Positions 63,641-64,000 of a DNA stretch of 64,000 nucleotides are shown here, in pieces (within the stretch, counting starts at the first letter, position 1; every line of letters begins with the position of its first letter). This DNA is from Lepidodermella squamata (Eukaryota; Animalia; Gastrotricha). A model generated the notes under the pieces. It made no database searches. It saw only the letters and a program-made list of their open reading frames with translations, and was not told where the DNA came from. Where the stretch lies: assembly GCA_047495785.1 (NCBI GenBank), contig JBLDXI010000036.1, forward strand, positions 1,240,001-1,304,000, read 5' to 3'. A program made the translations under genes and the position numbers.

Positions 63641-64000
63641 TTTCAAATTGAGTGGCATTTTCCGCGTGAAGCCACAATTTTAAATTTATATCTGAAATAT
63701 TATTTAAGCGGAATGTTCCGCACAACTTTTATTGTAGAGAGGATTTTTTCGCACGAGAGATCACCATAGAGCTAGTTTTAAGATAGAGGTCCTACTCCTG
63801 ACTAAGCCTGTAAACGCCATGGGCGCCGGATGGATGAATCAGCGTCGAGTGGTTGGAAAAGTAAACAAATCAGGTGAGTTTCGATCGCTCGTTATTCGTA
63901 AACGATTGATTACAATCAATCATACCCGGCGGTTCGAGATGGCTCTTGAAACGACGAGCACATTGATTATTTTTCCGAAATTTAAATATTTTTTGAAATG

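Overview
AT-rich animal (invertebrate-type) genomic DNA with mostly 50-60 nt introns, which the ORF track fragments badly. The left 40 kb is a tandem array of a secreted modular protein family on the minus strand. Manual splicing gives three apparently intact genes (A 11583-16161, B 18469-25042, C 28052-38125). They share a stalk of ~45-aa four-cysteine modules encoded by micro-exons, but end in different lectin-fold heads: a C-type lectin-like domain in A and tandem ConA/LamG-like domains in B and C. Decayed paralogs are scattered through the array, and the probable ATG of another member sits at the window edge. Each intact gene has a copy or fragment of an ABO-like GT6 glycosyltransferase just upstream (intact copy 39211-40525), and a fucosyltransferase lies at 50405-52335. 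Other genes are a NEK-like kinase-ankyrin fusion, a Cys-rich/Ser-Thr-rich secreted protein, a double-knottin-like peptide absent from the ORF track, a CYP3-clan P450, an interrupted GABA-B-like class C GPCR, three PAN/Apple peptide paralogs and an orphan gene. There are also many MITEs, Ginger2-like and MULE-like elements and LINE relics. All gene models were spliced by eye and family calls come from motif recognition; no database searches were run.
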